A DNA stretch of 64,000 nt, taken from NCBI GenBank assembly GCA_963664705.1, contig OY761556.1:5696001-5760000 (forward strand). Direction: 5' to 3'. The notes under the pieces are model-generated. The model saw nothing but the letters and a program-made list of their open reading frames with translations, did not search any database and had not been told where the DNA came from. Positions 20,924-31,393 of this stretch are shown here, in pieces (position 1 is the stretch's first letter; the number at the start of each line of letters is the position of its first letter). Origin of the DNA: Acidobacteriota bacterium. GTDB taxonomy: Bacteria > Acidobacteriota > UBA6911. The position numbers and the translations under genes were made by a program.

Positions 20924-21580
20924 CTACACAAAAGCAGCGATGAAATCCTTAAAACTTGATATGTGTTCGCTTGATTGAACCCGTTTCTGGATCTCGTTAA
21001 AGAATTTATGGTGTGTCACAAACCGAGGAGATCCTTTTGAATAACCGATGTTGCAATTGCGTTCATTGATTGCAGCTTTAAGATATTTATATGCGAACTG
21101 TGCACGGTTCCAATCATATTGGGGCAATTCTGGTAGAAGTGCAGGATCAAGAGTTATAACATCGTGAATATTAATGTACTCCCTTAAGCGGATATCGTGA
21201 GCATGTCTGCGAACTAATTTTCTATTGCCCAATGCCCATGTTTCGAAACAAAAATGCTGAATAATTGTGTGAATTGGAACCTTGCACGGATGAGAATCGA
21301 GAAACGCTTTTATCTCACTTGCCTTTTCAGCGTAGCTCATATCCTCAGAATCAACGGCCACCACAAGCCGATCAAAAATCTGCAAGTCATTTATGTCACT
21401 AATAGCATCCCTAATAACATCAAAGTAGTAGGGATATCCCATCCCCGATATCAGATAATAATTATTACTGACAACATCAGAAATAATTTGCACTTGTGAC
21501 AAGCTGCTATTTACGATTGAAATCCACGCAGGATAAACGATACGTTCGGCTTTGCCTTCAACTACTAAGTATATATTCAT
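20924..21580 (-). CDS. TOPRIM-like protein (DUF4276/DUF4435-like), partner of ABC ATPase
   Basis: IYLVVEGKAE, VAVDSED, CFETWALG; 4-bp overlap with upstream ATPase. Confidence 0.7.
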   Translation of the reverse strand: MNIYLVVEGKAERIVYPAWISIVNSSLSQVQIISDVVSNNYYLISGMGYPYYFDVIRDAISDINDLQIFDRLVVAVDSEDMSYAEKASEIKAFLDSHPCKVPIHTIIQHFCFETWALGNRKLVRRHAHDIRLREYINIHDVITLDPALLPELPQYDWNRAQFAYKYLKAAINERNCNIGYSKGSPRFVTHHKFFNEIQKRVQSSEHISSFKDFIAAFV

Positions 21581-22704
21581 TCAACGCCTTCACGATAAAT
21601 CGGATCATTGATCAGTTTCGTAAAGGCTTGTTGCTTGGATTTGCCATAGCGGTCGATAAGCTGTTCTCCATAATCGATCTGCACTTCGGAGCCTCGTCGG
21701 TGAAATACATACCAATTCTGAAGGGGGAATTTATTTATGATGTATGGATGATGGCTTGTGATGAAAAACTGCATATCTTTTTCGGTTTCAAGTAAATACT
21801 CTGGCAGAAACTCTATCGCATTGATTCCAAGAGAATTTTCATACTCATCAATTAGGTAAATAGTTCCATTCGTCAGTAGCTCAATATCCGTGAGAATCAA
21901 TAAGACCTTTATCATCCCAGAGGACAAACTTTGAACCTTAATCCACTCGGCAACATGTTTTTCCCGAATACAAAAGACTGGTATTAATCCAGGAAGTCCC
22001 ACTCTCGGTTCAAGATCGGAAAACTGCTTCAAGGCTATATTTGTAATGAAGGGAAATATCTTCTGAAAAGTATCGCAGATTTTCTCGAATTTATCGGGAA
22101 AATGTTTTGAAAGCAGATATAGGGCTGCACTCAGAGATATATCACTGTTAAGTATAATTTGAGTGTCCTTTGTATTTGTAAGGTCCTCTTCAAGAGCATT
22201 TGGAAAGCCGCTAAGCTCAACAGCGTGTTCTAATGCATTTTTATCGAATAGACGTCTTAGGATTTTACAAAATCCATCAAAGATCGGGCGTACACGCTCT
22301 TCATTCCTAAGCAGAGAAATACTTGTTTGAGAAATCGGCAGTTTTGGAGTTTGCTTCTCATTGAATATGAACGCTTCTGGGGTGCGATCAACAATTATTT
22401 GTTCGACTCCATCTTTAATTATCGACACCTGTTCCCGCTGAATATGAGGGGTTGCATTCTTTGAGTCTGCCTCTAATATCCAACGATACTCTGATTCTTC
22501 ATGACTAAAGCTGACATCCCATGATCCGCTTACAACGTTTTCCGCTCGTGCTACGATCCTGCCGAGATTGAATATTGTGTAAAGCAGACTGCTTTTGCCT
22601 GAACTCGAACCGCCAACCAAAAGATTGATGTTCTTGAACTCTACCGGACTATAGTTCCATCCGGTTTTTTCAAGATCTCGGAACTGATACTTTGATATTT
22701 TCAT
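21577..22704 (-). CDS. AAA_15/AAA_21 ABC-type ATPase
   Basis: Walker A GGSSSGKS, signature LSSGM, Walker B YLIDEYENSL, H-loop ITSHHP. Confidence 0.9.
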   Translation of the reverse strand: MKISKYQFRDLEKTGWNYSPVEFKNINLLVGGSSSGKSSLLYTIFNLGRIVARAENVVSGSWDVSFSHEESEYRWILEADSKNATPHIQREQVSIIKDGVEQIIVDRTPEAFIFNEKQTPKLPISQTSISLLRNEERVRPIFDGFCKILRRLFDKNALEHAVELSGFPNALEEDLTNTKDTQIILNSDISLSAALYLLSKHFPDKFEKICDTFQKIFPFITNIALKQFSDLEPRVGLPGLIPVFCIREKHVAEWIKVQSLSSGMIKVLLILTDIELLTNGTIYLIDEYENSLGINAIEFLPEYLLETEKDMQFFITSHHPYIINKFPLQNWYVFHRRGSEVQIDYGEQLIDRYGKSKQQAFTKLINDPIYREGVE

Positions 22705-22827
22705 AGCGGAATGCCTCTTGGTCGGCTGTTTTGATTGAAAGGTTCTATTTTAACACCTTCTAATTAGTCAAAATAAAAATCCTTGGTTTTTTTTGGGTTT
22801 TTCCCATTCGACCAATCTTATGAGTTT

Positions 22828-23541
22828 TCATTGGCTTGGTAATTGTAATGGTAAGGGGCGCGGACAGCGTTCACACGGCCCAATGAAGCGCTTGCTAACC
22901 CGATTAATCAAGACAAGAAAATATGGAGCAATGGGCCATCCGGTGTGCATAGCGGCTGAACTGGGTTGCGCCCGAATCCCGTCGGGCTGAGATTTGTGGA
23001 TTCGGTTTGCATTGAGTAGGACCGCAATCGCCTGTGGAAAGACTTCCAGGCATTCCCAGTATTGCCGCAAAACGCGGAAGAGGGCGAAACCCACAAGCAT
23101 CCACAGCTGGTTGGCTCCAGGAAGGCGTGACTCTGGTCCGCCTTGTTCCAAGTGTTTGCGGGCGCGGTTGCGTATAATGTCAAATCGGGTTGAGTCGGGC
23201 GTAGTGATACATCCTATGTGACGCCTGTCCAGTTCGAATTCTGCTTTCCGTCTTGGTGTTCCGGGCGCGCAGGGGGAACTTGGAGCATCGATTGCTATAC
23301 GGCGGATCAGTACGGCATATTCGGATTCAACGTCCCGAATGTAAGCTACCGAGGCGGCAGCAAACGCTTCAACGAGGCTGGTATTGAGAATCCCCGCATT
23401 GCCGGAACCTTGAGGTGGCTTTGCTTTTGCTGTTCGAAGTGGCGGCGGCACAAGCCGCGAGCCCTCTCGGCAAGAAACCACCACGGGAAGCCGTTTTTTC
23501 TTATCGAAAGCGAGATCGATTCCAGCGTATGCTTCGGTCAT
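22828..23541 (-). pseudogene. DUF429 (RNase H-like fold) protein, probably C-terminally truncated
   Basis: AGIDLA, IAIDAP, LEVFPQ; sequence after HTGWP lacks the usual D-x-x-DA helix. Confidence 0.6.
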
Positions 23542-23888
23542 ATGTACTCCTCGATCCAATCTGGGAGTCCCCAACGTACCATATGCGCAAAATCCAAGTT
23601 AAAAGCTCAGTTCAAATAACCACTTACAGCTCGGAGGACGAGCAGCATTTCTTTAGAACACGCGCAATCGAATCAGATTTAGGGCTCTTGACGAAAGCAC
23701 CAGGAGACCATGACTTGGTATCAAAACACCCCCGCTGAGTCGGCCGAACTATGTCGAATCAGAATAGTAGACCGGCCGCCAAACTGCCTTATTAAACGTC
23801 TGTCAGCCTGGGCCGAAAATATTGCGGAATAGCTCGGCCATGAGTAACCACCGATCTTGCCTGATTGTAAGGATCGATGCAACTCGGT

Positions 23889-26800
23889 TCAACCGCGCCC
23901 TTGCAAATGTAGCCCTTTCAGGAATGACAATAATTGGCTGGTTTGAAGTTTCGGATTGCGGAACCAGTCAGTAGACCAGATCCTATAGAGCTTCCATCCA
24001 TATTTCTCAAGAATCTCCTGTCGTAATCTATCTCTTTCCCGGACAGAGCGAGCGCTGTGATAAGTCGCACCATCGCACTCAACTCCGCAGAGAAAAACAC
24101 CGGGTTTCGATGGATGTCTTACTCCGATATCTATTCGATAGCCACAAACACCGACCTGTGGAACGCCTTGGTATCCATGAGTGCGCAAAACTTCCAGAAC
24201 CCACTGTTCAAACTCGCTCTCACACTCCTCCCCATCCCCATTCTGGCCAGTAGGAAGAGATACTAGGCCATCACGGGCGAATTTAAGATATCCCTTCAAC
24301 GCTTTTACTCCCCAGTGCTTGCCCTCTTCCTGAATGTCCTCTGGGCACATAGATGTGAACACCGCGACTCGCTTCTTTGCACGAGTAAATAATACATTTA
24401 GACGACGATGGCCATAGATGCCGTTAATCGGCCCAAAGCGCTGGTAGAAGCTCCCGTTCTTATCCTTGCCATACACAGTGGAGATAAAAATCACGTCTCG
24501 CTCATCTCCCTGAACGTTCTCAAGATTCTTGACGAAAAGCGATTCCAATGTGGGATCCCAACTCTGCACGTATGCGGCAGCCTGCGTGTCCGTTGCCACT
24601 GCTCGATCCAATTGTTCACGTATAAACTCAGTCTGTTTGGCGTTTATAGCTACGATGCCGAGCGATTGCTTGGGACACTTTTTCATGAAATCGATGGCTG
24701 CCTCGACCACAGCATTGCCTTCGTTTTCATTAAGTCCGGCCTCATAAACACCGCCAGTCTGTACCAGCGAGACGCCGAACTCTGGGTGGTCGTAATATGG
24801 TGACGGAAATACAGTCAACTGGTTATCGTAAAACTCTGCATTTGAGAAACTGATTAAGGAGCCGTGCTCTGAACGGTAGTGCCACTTTAAGCGCCTGGAT
24901 GGGTGGAAGCGGCCCGCAGCTGCCTCAAGAACAGAGTCCTGCTTCGTTTCTTCGTCGAATTCATCGTCATCGGTTGCACTACCCGCCGACAGTTTCTGGA
25001 AAAATGGAGTGGGCGGTAGCTGCATCTGGTCTCCCACAACCACGGCCTTCTTTCCCCGAGCAATCCCTCCAAGTGCTTCTTCCGGCCGAATCTGAGATGC
25101 TTCGTCCATGATGACCAGGTCAAATTGAAGATTACCCGGATCCAAGTATTGAGCCACGGACATCGGACTCATCATCCAGCAGGGCTTAAGCGCCTGCATC
25201 GCTTTGCCGGCTCGGGAGATAAGGTCCCGGACCGTAATTCGGGGTCTAGTTTGACCGGCAACGCGGGCTACCAGGGCATATTCGGTCAATTCGGCTACCG
25301 GTCCGAATGAATTGCCCGAAGGACAGGGACGATGGGTCAAACTAGTGGCCAACTGTTTACGGCGAAGTTCGATATATTCGCGATCGAGCGACTGGAATTG
25401 TTTACGCAATTGTTGGTGAGTTGCACCGGAATGGGTTCGCAGCCGAGGATCAGCTTTTAGCAGCATTTCCGCGGCCGAACGGTAAAATACGAACTCTACT
25501 GCTCGAGACAATTGATAATAGTCAAGATTGTTACCTGAATACGCAGACAGGACAGGGCCAAGACCCTGATTCGAAGCTGCATTCTCTGCAAGAAGAAAAT
25601 TCAGGTAATCCCGCAACGCAGAAAAGTTATCCAATGCTCTCTGGTTTCGCTTACTTATTTCTTGTACTGGCACCCGTTCCAGATCAGCAGCCCCGCACCA
25701 TAGCACTGGATCGAAGTGTGCCAATGCCTTTGCCTTTTCTTGACAGCCATTCAGAGCCGAGCAGGCGCCCTTCAAATTGATTACCATCGACTGGAGTTCA
25801 GCAATGTGCGACGGATCAGCAAAGAAGTATTCGATAACGTAGGTAGGTAGGTTCCATGATGATACCGCGTCTGCAAAGCTCAAGGTCGCATCCAAGGGCT
25901 CATAGTCTGCCCGCAAACTATTCGGAGTGCCCCCAACGAGTTCAAGACCATCCTTATTTAACGCTATCTCGGCACTTATTTGTTCTATGGATTCGAGTTC
26001 ATTTGCAATTGACTTTATGCCGCTCTGGCTGCAGCTGTTCTCCAGCCCCGCTTTTTCCAAAACGTCGGCTACCGCACTCAGTTTATCGGCACGGATACGT
26101 TGTTTTTGAACCAGATCGCTCCAGGAGGCGTAGTCATCATCGATTATCGCCTCAAGGAGGCCCGTTAGCGAACTGAATGAGGATTGTCTACCTATAGCTG
26201 CCAATTTTTCGAGTTGATCTGGTTCCGCATTGAAGAGGAAATCCCGAAGCCGAATGCCGGGCGTACTGAAGATTGCCATTGCCTTCCGAACCTCATCGGC
26301 CCACTCTGCTACATTCAGCAGTTCATCAAATTGAGTTTCCAGACCAGCAAACTGGACGCCGCAAGTCATCTTCAACTCTGAGTTTTGGATGAAAGCCTCA
26401 GAATCGGTTAGATATTGGGCACACCGAAGGAGTCCAGCGGCCATCTCGGGTCGCCCCATTTTCCCTTTATTTTGAGCGATGCTGCGATACATGCGTTTTG
26501 CATCCCGGCATGCCGAACTGAAGAGCATACTGAAGCTATTGCTGGTCTTCAGCGAAATGGCACTTCGGCGGAGCTCGCCAACTGGTGGTAGCAGCTGTAA
26601 ATCAAATACAGATTGAACTTCCGTGCGCCGTCGCCGAAGTGCATCACACTGCTCCACCGCTTTCTCCAGAATCCTTCGGTTCCCTTGGTCGAGAACTGAA
26701 TTGGACCGGTTTGCCCACCGCAGTCGGGGCAATTTGCCGAGCAGTTCAATTGCGCTAATAGCAGCCCTCATTGAGCCGATGGTTGAGTCGGGGAGAGCGG

Positions 26801-29060
26801 CTGCTCTCTGTAATTCAGAACAAAACGAATCAAGGCCGGCCATCTGAGTGGCTAGTTGCAGTTGCTGCCCCTTTAGCTCCATTATGGACGAAACAGTAAA
26901 CTGGTCGACACCGAGGTCGGCCAATACCCTTAGGGCATCCCGGCACGCATGACTTCCGACGGCACGCGCTTTAGCCAGTTTTTGGGCGGACATGCCGACC
27001 TTCGCCTCGTGCTCGAGGAGTGCTTCATGCTCTTTTAGCATTTGACGCAGGAGGTTTCGTTTCTTTGTATGAGCGCATTCTTTATAAGTCTCGAGATTCA
27101 AATTCAGTGGTGGGAGCTTGCTTGCACCCATTCTAGAACAGAATTCCTCGAGCCCGACTCTTGTGTCGGGCATAATAGTTTCGGTAACTTCCGATATTTT
27201 TGTCGCAGTATCCAGCAGGTACCTTATTGAATCATTCCATTCTGAAAGCACTGCCATTAGCCGCGACTCATCCAATTCTGTGATCTCAATATTCTGGATG
27301 CCTCGCCATGGATGATTTGCCAGTTTTCCGAAAACAGCCAACGGCTCCATTTGATTTTCGAGCGTTGCGGCGGCATCAATCATCTGACGGTATGTATGAG
27401 GTGAAATCTTAAGAGAGTCGGTAAGCCGGGCATCAGCAATTGTAGGCGGCAAGTCAGCTCGGAGGCTTTCTCGAATAGCGCTGCCCAATAAAACATCATA
27501 GATTTTCAGTCCTGTCTCCCCGGCCGCATCATTTACCCGCTGGACGTAATAGAGAAGCTCTTCTTTGGCAGCATTCAATGCTTTGGCATTGCTTTGAATC
27601 AGACTTAGCCCTAATGCTGGAGGCTGGTAGGTGAGACGGTGGGCCAGTGATTGAGTAACCGCTGTTTTTGATATTTTGCTCGAATGCAGTTCAAGGCAGA
27701 AGGCTTCAAGCCCTGCGGAGTCAAGCCGCTTCTTCACGACTTCCAGTGCGGCCATCTTCTCCGCGACAAATAGGACTGATAACCCTTCATTCAGAGCCGC
27801 GGAGACGATGTTAGTAATGGTCTGTGATTTGCCTGTTCCTGGCGGTCCTTGGATCACCTGTGAAGACTTACCCCGGAGCACATCCACGACCGCACTGTGC
27901 TGGGAGGAATCTGCATCTGTAATTAGCAGGGGCTCAGGGCCATCAAGAGAATCGATTTCATAATCTTCCGCGTATTGGATATTGCTGCTCTCGGCCCCGG
28001 CAATCAGGGTTCGTAACACGGGCTGTTGCTCAAGAGCTGCTTCTGCAGGCCAGCGCTGCGGATCGAGATCCTTATACATTGCCAGGGTTGAAAAAGTGAA
28101 CAAGCCGATCGTGACATAACGCCTCAATTTCCAGTCGCGCTTGCCCGAAATAGCTCTTTCGATCAGGCCAAGGTAAGTTCCAAGTGGATTCTCATTGTCT
28201 TCATTCTCTATCCACGCCGGAATATCAACGGACATTGCCTTCAACAGCTCTGCCACGGCGACATTAACCGTAACATCCTCATTGCGTGTTTTGATGAAAT
28301 ACTGGTATTGCTGTTCAACAAGCACTCGGTCCAACGACACGGGGATAAATACGAGTGGGGCAAGGCGCTTTCCTTCCGCCTGCTCAGATTCGTAATACTC
28401 CAAGAAACCGAATGCGCAGTAGAGGGCGTTAAACCCGGCATCCTTTTCCAACACACGGGCGGCATCGCGCAAACCGCTGAGCTTGCGTTCGAGATCATCT
28501 GAAAAAAACATAGTCTGGATCTTCGAATCCGTATGTCGCCGGGCGGTCTGACCGTTCATTTTGGGGAGTTCATAATCGGGATTGAGTCCAAGTTCCCGCG
28601 CCCGTTTGGTAGGATCCCAAGTTGGCTGGAATGTGTCCCAGCCAAACTTTGCGCGCACTCGGTTGCGGAGTTCCCGTTCAATTTTTTGTTTTTGCCTTGC
28701 CGAAGCATTGGGCCCCAGTTCTGACAAGGATTCCTTGTATTTTGAATCCTCTCCTTTTGCTCGCCGGAGGTCGTTCACAAAAAAGGGGGCACTTTCGTCT
28801 TGGGGTGTCAGCTCGGGATCTGGAAGCGGCTCGAAGGACAATTGCTTCCCTATAACAAGTTTATTGAACAGAAATTCGGGAATCTCATCAATCACCCGGA
28901 TATGGTTGCGGGACCTCTCCGAATGTTTAAAGCTTATCAAGGGATTACGGCTAGTAAGATCCAGCAGTTTGGTCCGGTATTGCTGGATTACCTGCCGTAC
29001 AAAAGCGTCCGTTGCCGTTTGTTTTGTGACTGTCGCCTGTGCCATTTCACGTCGAGCCAA
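23889..29060 (-). CDS. DUF4011-SF1 helicase-Vsr-like nuclease (Hhe-type antiphage protein)
   Basis: KLLDLTSRNPLI, DADSSQ, QGPPGTGKSQTI, MDEASQ, HYRS, ENVQGDERD, RRLNVLFTRA, GVECDGATYH..RDRLRQ..RIWSTDW. Confidence 0.9.
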   Translation of the reverse strand: MARREMAQATVTKQTATDAFVRQVIQQYRTKLLDLTSRNPLISFKHSERSRNHIRVIDEIPEFLFNKLVIGKQLSFEPLPDPELTPQDESAPFFVNDLRRAKGEDSKYKESLSELGPNASARQKQKIERELRNRVRAKFGWDTFQPTWDPTKRARELGLNPDYELPKMNGQTARRHTDSKIQTMFFSDDLERKLSGLRDAARVLEKDAGFNALYCAFGFLEYYESEQAEGKRLAPLVFIPVSLDRVLVEQQYQYFIKTRNEDVTVNVAVAELLKAMSVDIPAWIENEDNENPLGTYLGLIERAISGKRDWKLRRYVTIGLFTFSTLAMYKDLDPQRWPAEAALEQQPVLRTLIAGAESSNIQYAEDYEIDSLDGPEPLLITDADSSQHSAVVDVLRGKSSQVIQGPPGTGKSQTITNIVSAALNEGLSVLFVAEKMAALEVVKKRLDSAGLEAFCLELHSSKISKTAVTQSLAHRLTYQPPALGLSLIQSNAKALNAAKEELLYYVQRVNDAAGETGLKIYDVLLGSAIRESLRADLPPTIADARLTDSLKISPHTYRQMIDAAATLENQMEPLAVFGKLANHPWRGIQNIEITELDESRLMAVLSEWNDSIRYLLDTATKISEVTETIMPDTRVGLEEFCSRMGASKLPPLNLNLETYKECAHTKKRNLLRQMLKEHEALLEHEAKVGMSAQKLAKARAVGSHACRDALRVLADLGVDQFTVSSIMELKGQQLQLATQMAGLDSFCSELQRAAALPDSTIGSMRAAISAIELLGKLPRLRWANRSNSVLDQGNRRILEKAVEQCDALRRRRTEVQSVFDLQLLPPVGELRRSAISLKTSNSFSMLFSSACRDAKRMYRSIAQNKGKMGRPEMAAGLLRCAQYLTDSEAFIQNSELKMTCGVQFAGLETQFDELLNVAEWADEVRKAMAIFSTPGIRLRDFLFNAEPDQLEKLAAIGRQSSFSSLTGLLEAIIDDDYASWSDLVQKQRIRADKLSAVADVLEKAGLENSCSQSGIKSIANELESIEQISAEIALNKDGLELVGGTPNSLRADYEPLDATLSFADAVSSWNLPTYVIEYFFADPSHIAELQSMVINLKGACSALNGCQEKAKALAHFDPVLWCGAADLERVPVQEISKRNQRALDNFSALRDYLNFLLAENAASNQGLGPVLSAYSGNNLDYYQLSRAVEFVFYRSAAEMLLKADPRLRTHSGATHQQLRKQFQSLDREYIELRRKQLATSLTHRPCPSGNSFGPVAELTEYALVARVAGQTRPRITVRDLISRAGKAMQALKPCWMMSPMSVAQYLDPGNLQFDLVIMDEASQIRPEEALGGIARGKKAVVVGDQMQLPPTPFFQKLSAGSATDDDEFDEETKQDSVLEAAAGRFHPSRRLKWHYRSEHGSLISFSNAEFYDNQLTVFPSPYYDHPEFGVSLVQTGGVYEAGLNENEGNAVVEAAIDFMKKCPKQSLGIVAINAKQTEFIREQLDRAVATDTQAAAYVQSWDPTLESLFVKNLENVQGDERDVIFISTVYGKDKNGSFYQRFGPINGIYGHRRLNVLFTRAKKRVAVFTSMCPEDIQEEGKHWGVKALKGYLKFARDGLVSLPTGQNGDGEECESEFEQWVLEVLRTHGYQGVPQVGVCGYRIDIGVRHPSKPGVFLCGVECDGATYHSARSVRERDRLRQEILEKYGWKLYRIWSTDWFRNPKLQTSQLLSFLKGLHLQGRG

Positions 29061-29331
29061 TAGGAGATTGATAATACCAATTCATAAATGCAACGTAGTT
29101 ACTGGGATTACGTTATTCTAATCGGTTATAAGATAATAAACCTGAAACTTTTGGTTGAATTTCACAGGGTTTCCCAATGCTAAAGCCCTCTTATCCCCCA
29201 GAGCGCCTAGAATAGCCCTGCCGCGAAGTAGCAATAATTTCAATCCGTAGAGGCTCCACTACCCTTGGGGCGGAGGTTTGGTCGTACCCCCCAGGCGCCA
29301 GAATTGAAAACCTGGAGAGCTTATAACTGTT

Positions 29332-29565
29332 ATATGGCAGCCGCGGAGAACCTGTTTGGATGACTTAGTGCTGCTCGCTTCAATTCATCAGCCAATTCCA
29401 AACACCGTTGTTGGGCGTCAGGGAAAGCCTGATCTGGTACCTAGGCCTATATTGTTGCGGATGATCCACAAATTGGAATGCCATCATTACAATGCCTTCG
29501 GCAACCGATTCTGTATTCCATTCGGTTACGGGCTGCAAAAACGAAAGATCATTCGTATCTGTCAT
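29332..29565 (-). pseudogene. small frameshifted gene, weakly BssS-like
   Basis: strong RBS AAGGAG before ATG 29565; a frameshift near 29410 continues as CLELADELKRAA. Confidence 0.3.
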
Positions 29566-29938
29566 TGCTACTCTCCTTAAACTTGGGGGGGCGCAGATTG
29601 CGGAATCGTATTCAAAATATTGCATAATTCTAATTCAAACCAGCTATGAGATCTACATTTTTGGTGTTTAAATAATTCAGAGAAACTTGACCGCGAGTCA
29701 CAGAGCTCGCTTTGTCCGGGGACGAGACAGATTTCGACAGAAATCCCCAAAATTATATCGGAAACTTGATCGCAGCTTGCCTACGAATTGGTTTAGGACT
29801 TTGGATTTATAAAATAGACAGTTATTTGATATATCGGCAAACCTATTTCGAAGACATATATTCGAGTCGCGGTCTTGGTCGAACTAGAATGATACCGTAT
29901 GAGCGGCTGACGATTTGAATACCATTTCAATGAATGGC

Positions 29939-30245
29939 TTATTTCGCCTGATCCCATTGCTCCAGCTTTAACTTAATAAGATCTGAGCCTCCTTAGAGAA
30001 AGGAATCCAAGGCTCGACTCAACTTATCCAAACGTACGTCTATTTCAAGTTGCCTACCGGCTTCTGTAATTCGTTTCGTATCTTCGTGAATTTCTAGATC
30101 GTAGTCGTCATGCCCAACTTTATAGGGCTGTCGCATATTCGACATATTTAACCTTTTTCCCCTATCCCATGGTTGGATAACATCGCATAATGCCGAAAAG
30201 TTTGCGAAAGGTTCGCGTTGCACGCTTTGTCGGGCATGAATACCT
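29939..30245 (-). pseudogene. C-terminal remnant of an HD-family phosphohydrolase
   Basis: REPFANFSALCDVIQPWDR parallels ENPLGALLILCDEMQEWGR of the 35328..37514 protein; boundaries approximate. Confidence 0.45.
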
Positions 30246-30590
30246 GTTGGTGCCTCTCTGATTCAACGTTAGATGATCAAATGTCCGATAATGCAGAATT
30301 CGCCAAGAAGAATGTTAAGCAGGTTAGCGGGTTAAGGCCAAAATTCCACTAAATGATGGATTGTTAAATTGACTTAAAGGTCAGCCGGGTCTTTCTAAAC
30401 TCGGTTTCTGTGCCAAAATAATCTTGCTTTCTATTGCGGATTGGCTGATCATCATACCAATCCAAGTTATAGATTCAGTCTCCCGATAGCACAACTTTTC
30501 TAGCAGTGAAGTTCTTCACATTTTACCTCGACTAGACTAGCTAGTGCTAGTTGACATTATAAGGCCGCGGGACGAAGGAGTGACCTCATC

Positions 30591-31382
30591 GTGACTGAAT
30601 TGCAGCAGCCATCGGCAATGGATCTCGTATCGATGGAATCGTTGCCGCCCACTTTGGAAGCAGCGGCAGCGGCACGGCTCGCCAGCGTCGCGGGCGGGAT
30701 TGGCGCGTATGAACTGAATATCAAGCCGCGGCGCGTAATCAACCAGGGCGACTTACCGTGCTGCGTTTCGTGTGCGCTGACGGCGGCTCTGGAAGCGCTC
30801 AATTTCGATTGCCCAGTATTGGCGCCGATGTTCCACTACTTCGTCACACGTTACGAACAGGCAGGCGGGGCTAATGCCGACGGATTCCTGTTTCTCGATA
30901 GCGGCATTTCAACCATCCAGGGTGTTGGTGTCTGTAAGCAGTCCCTGTATCTGGAGACAAACCGTTTGCCATCGACTACCGACCGACCGCCGCAAGCTGC
31001 GTTCGACGATGCGGAAGCGCGAAAGCTGTCGTCGTTCGGCTTTTCGCGCGTGCAGGAGATCAACGCGATATCGCGCAGCGTTGTAATCAAGGAGCGGTTG
31101 CGCGCGGATTATCCAGTGGTGGTCGGATTTACGTTGCCGATGGAATATCCCGCAAAGATTGACACCGAGAAGCGATGGATGGATCCGGAGGGATTTACGG
31201 CTTCCTCCATCGGGCACTGTGTGTTGCTCGTTGGGTACGATGACCTACAGGGCGGCGGATCCGGCGCCGTCCGAGTGCAGGACAGCCGCGGCATGCAGTT
31301 CGCAGACGGCGGGTGCTGGTGGATGGGATATCGGGTTCTGGACAGCGCATTTGTGCAGGCTGCTGTGTATCTCACGCGTTGA
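30591..31382 (+). CDS. papain-like cysteine peptidase (C1 family)
   Basis: NQGDLPCCVSCA (Q...C), GHCVLLVGYDD (H), VQDSRG (usual N replaced by D), GCWWMGY; RBS AAGGAG. Confidence 0.85.
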   Translation: MTELQQPSAMDLVSMESLPPTLEAAAAARLASVAGGIGAYELNIKPRRVINQGDLPCCVSCALTAALEALNFDCPVLAPMFHYFVTRYEQAGGANADGFLFLDSGISTIQGVGVCKQSLYLETNRLPSTTDRPPQAAFDDAEARKLSSFGFSRVQEINAISRSVVIKERLRADYPVVVGFTLPMEYPAKIDTEKRWMDPEGFTASSIGHCVLLVGYDDLQGGGSGAVRVQDSRGMQFADGGCWWMGYRVLDSAFVQAAVYLTR

Positions 31383-31393
31383 AAGGAGCGGTG

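Noticed and set aside
30532-30550. Four CTAG tetramers within 19 bp just before TTGACA
   Set aside because: Odd, and near the GC shift, but no IS ends or other support; could be an operator or chance.
31313-31393. Longer start for the lipoprotein
   Set aside because: It overlaps the protease; RBS and signal peptide fit a start at 31391-31394.
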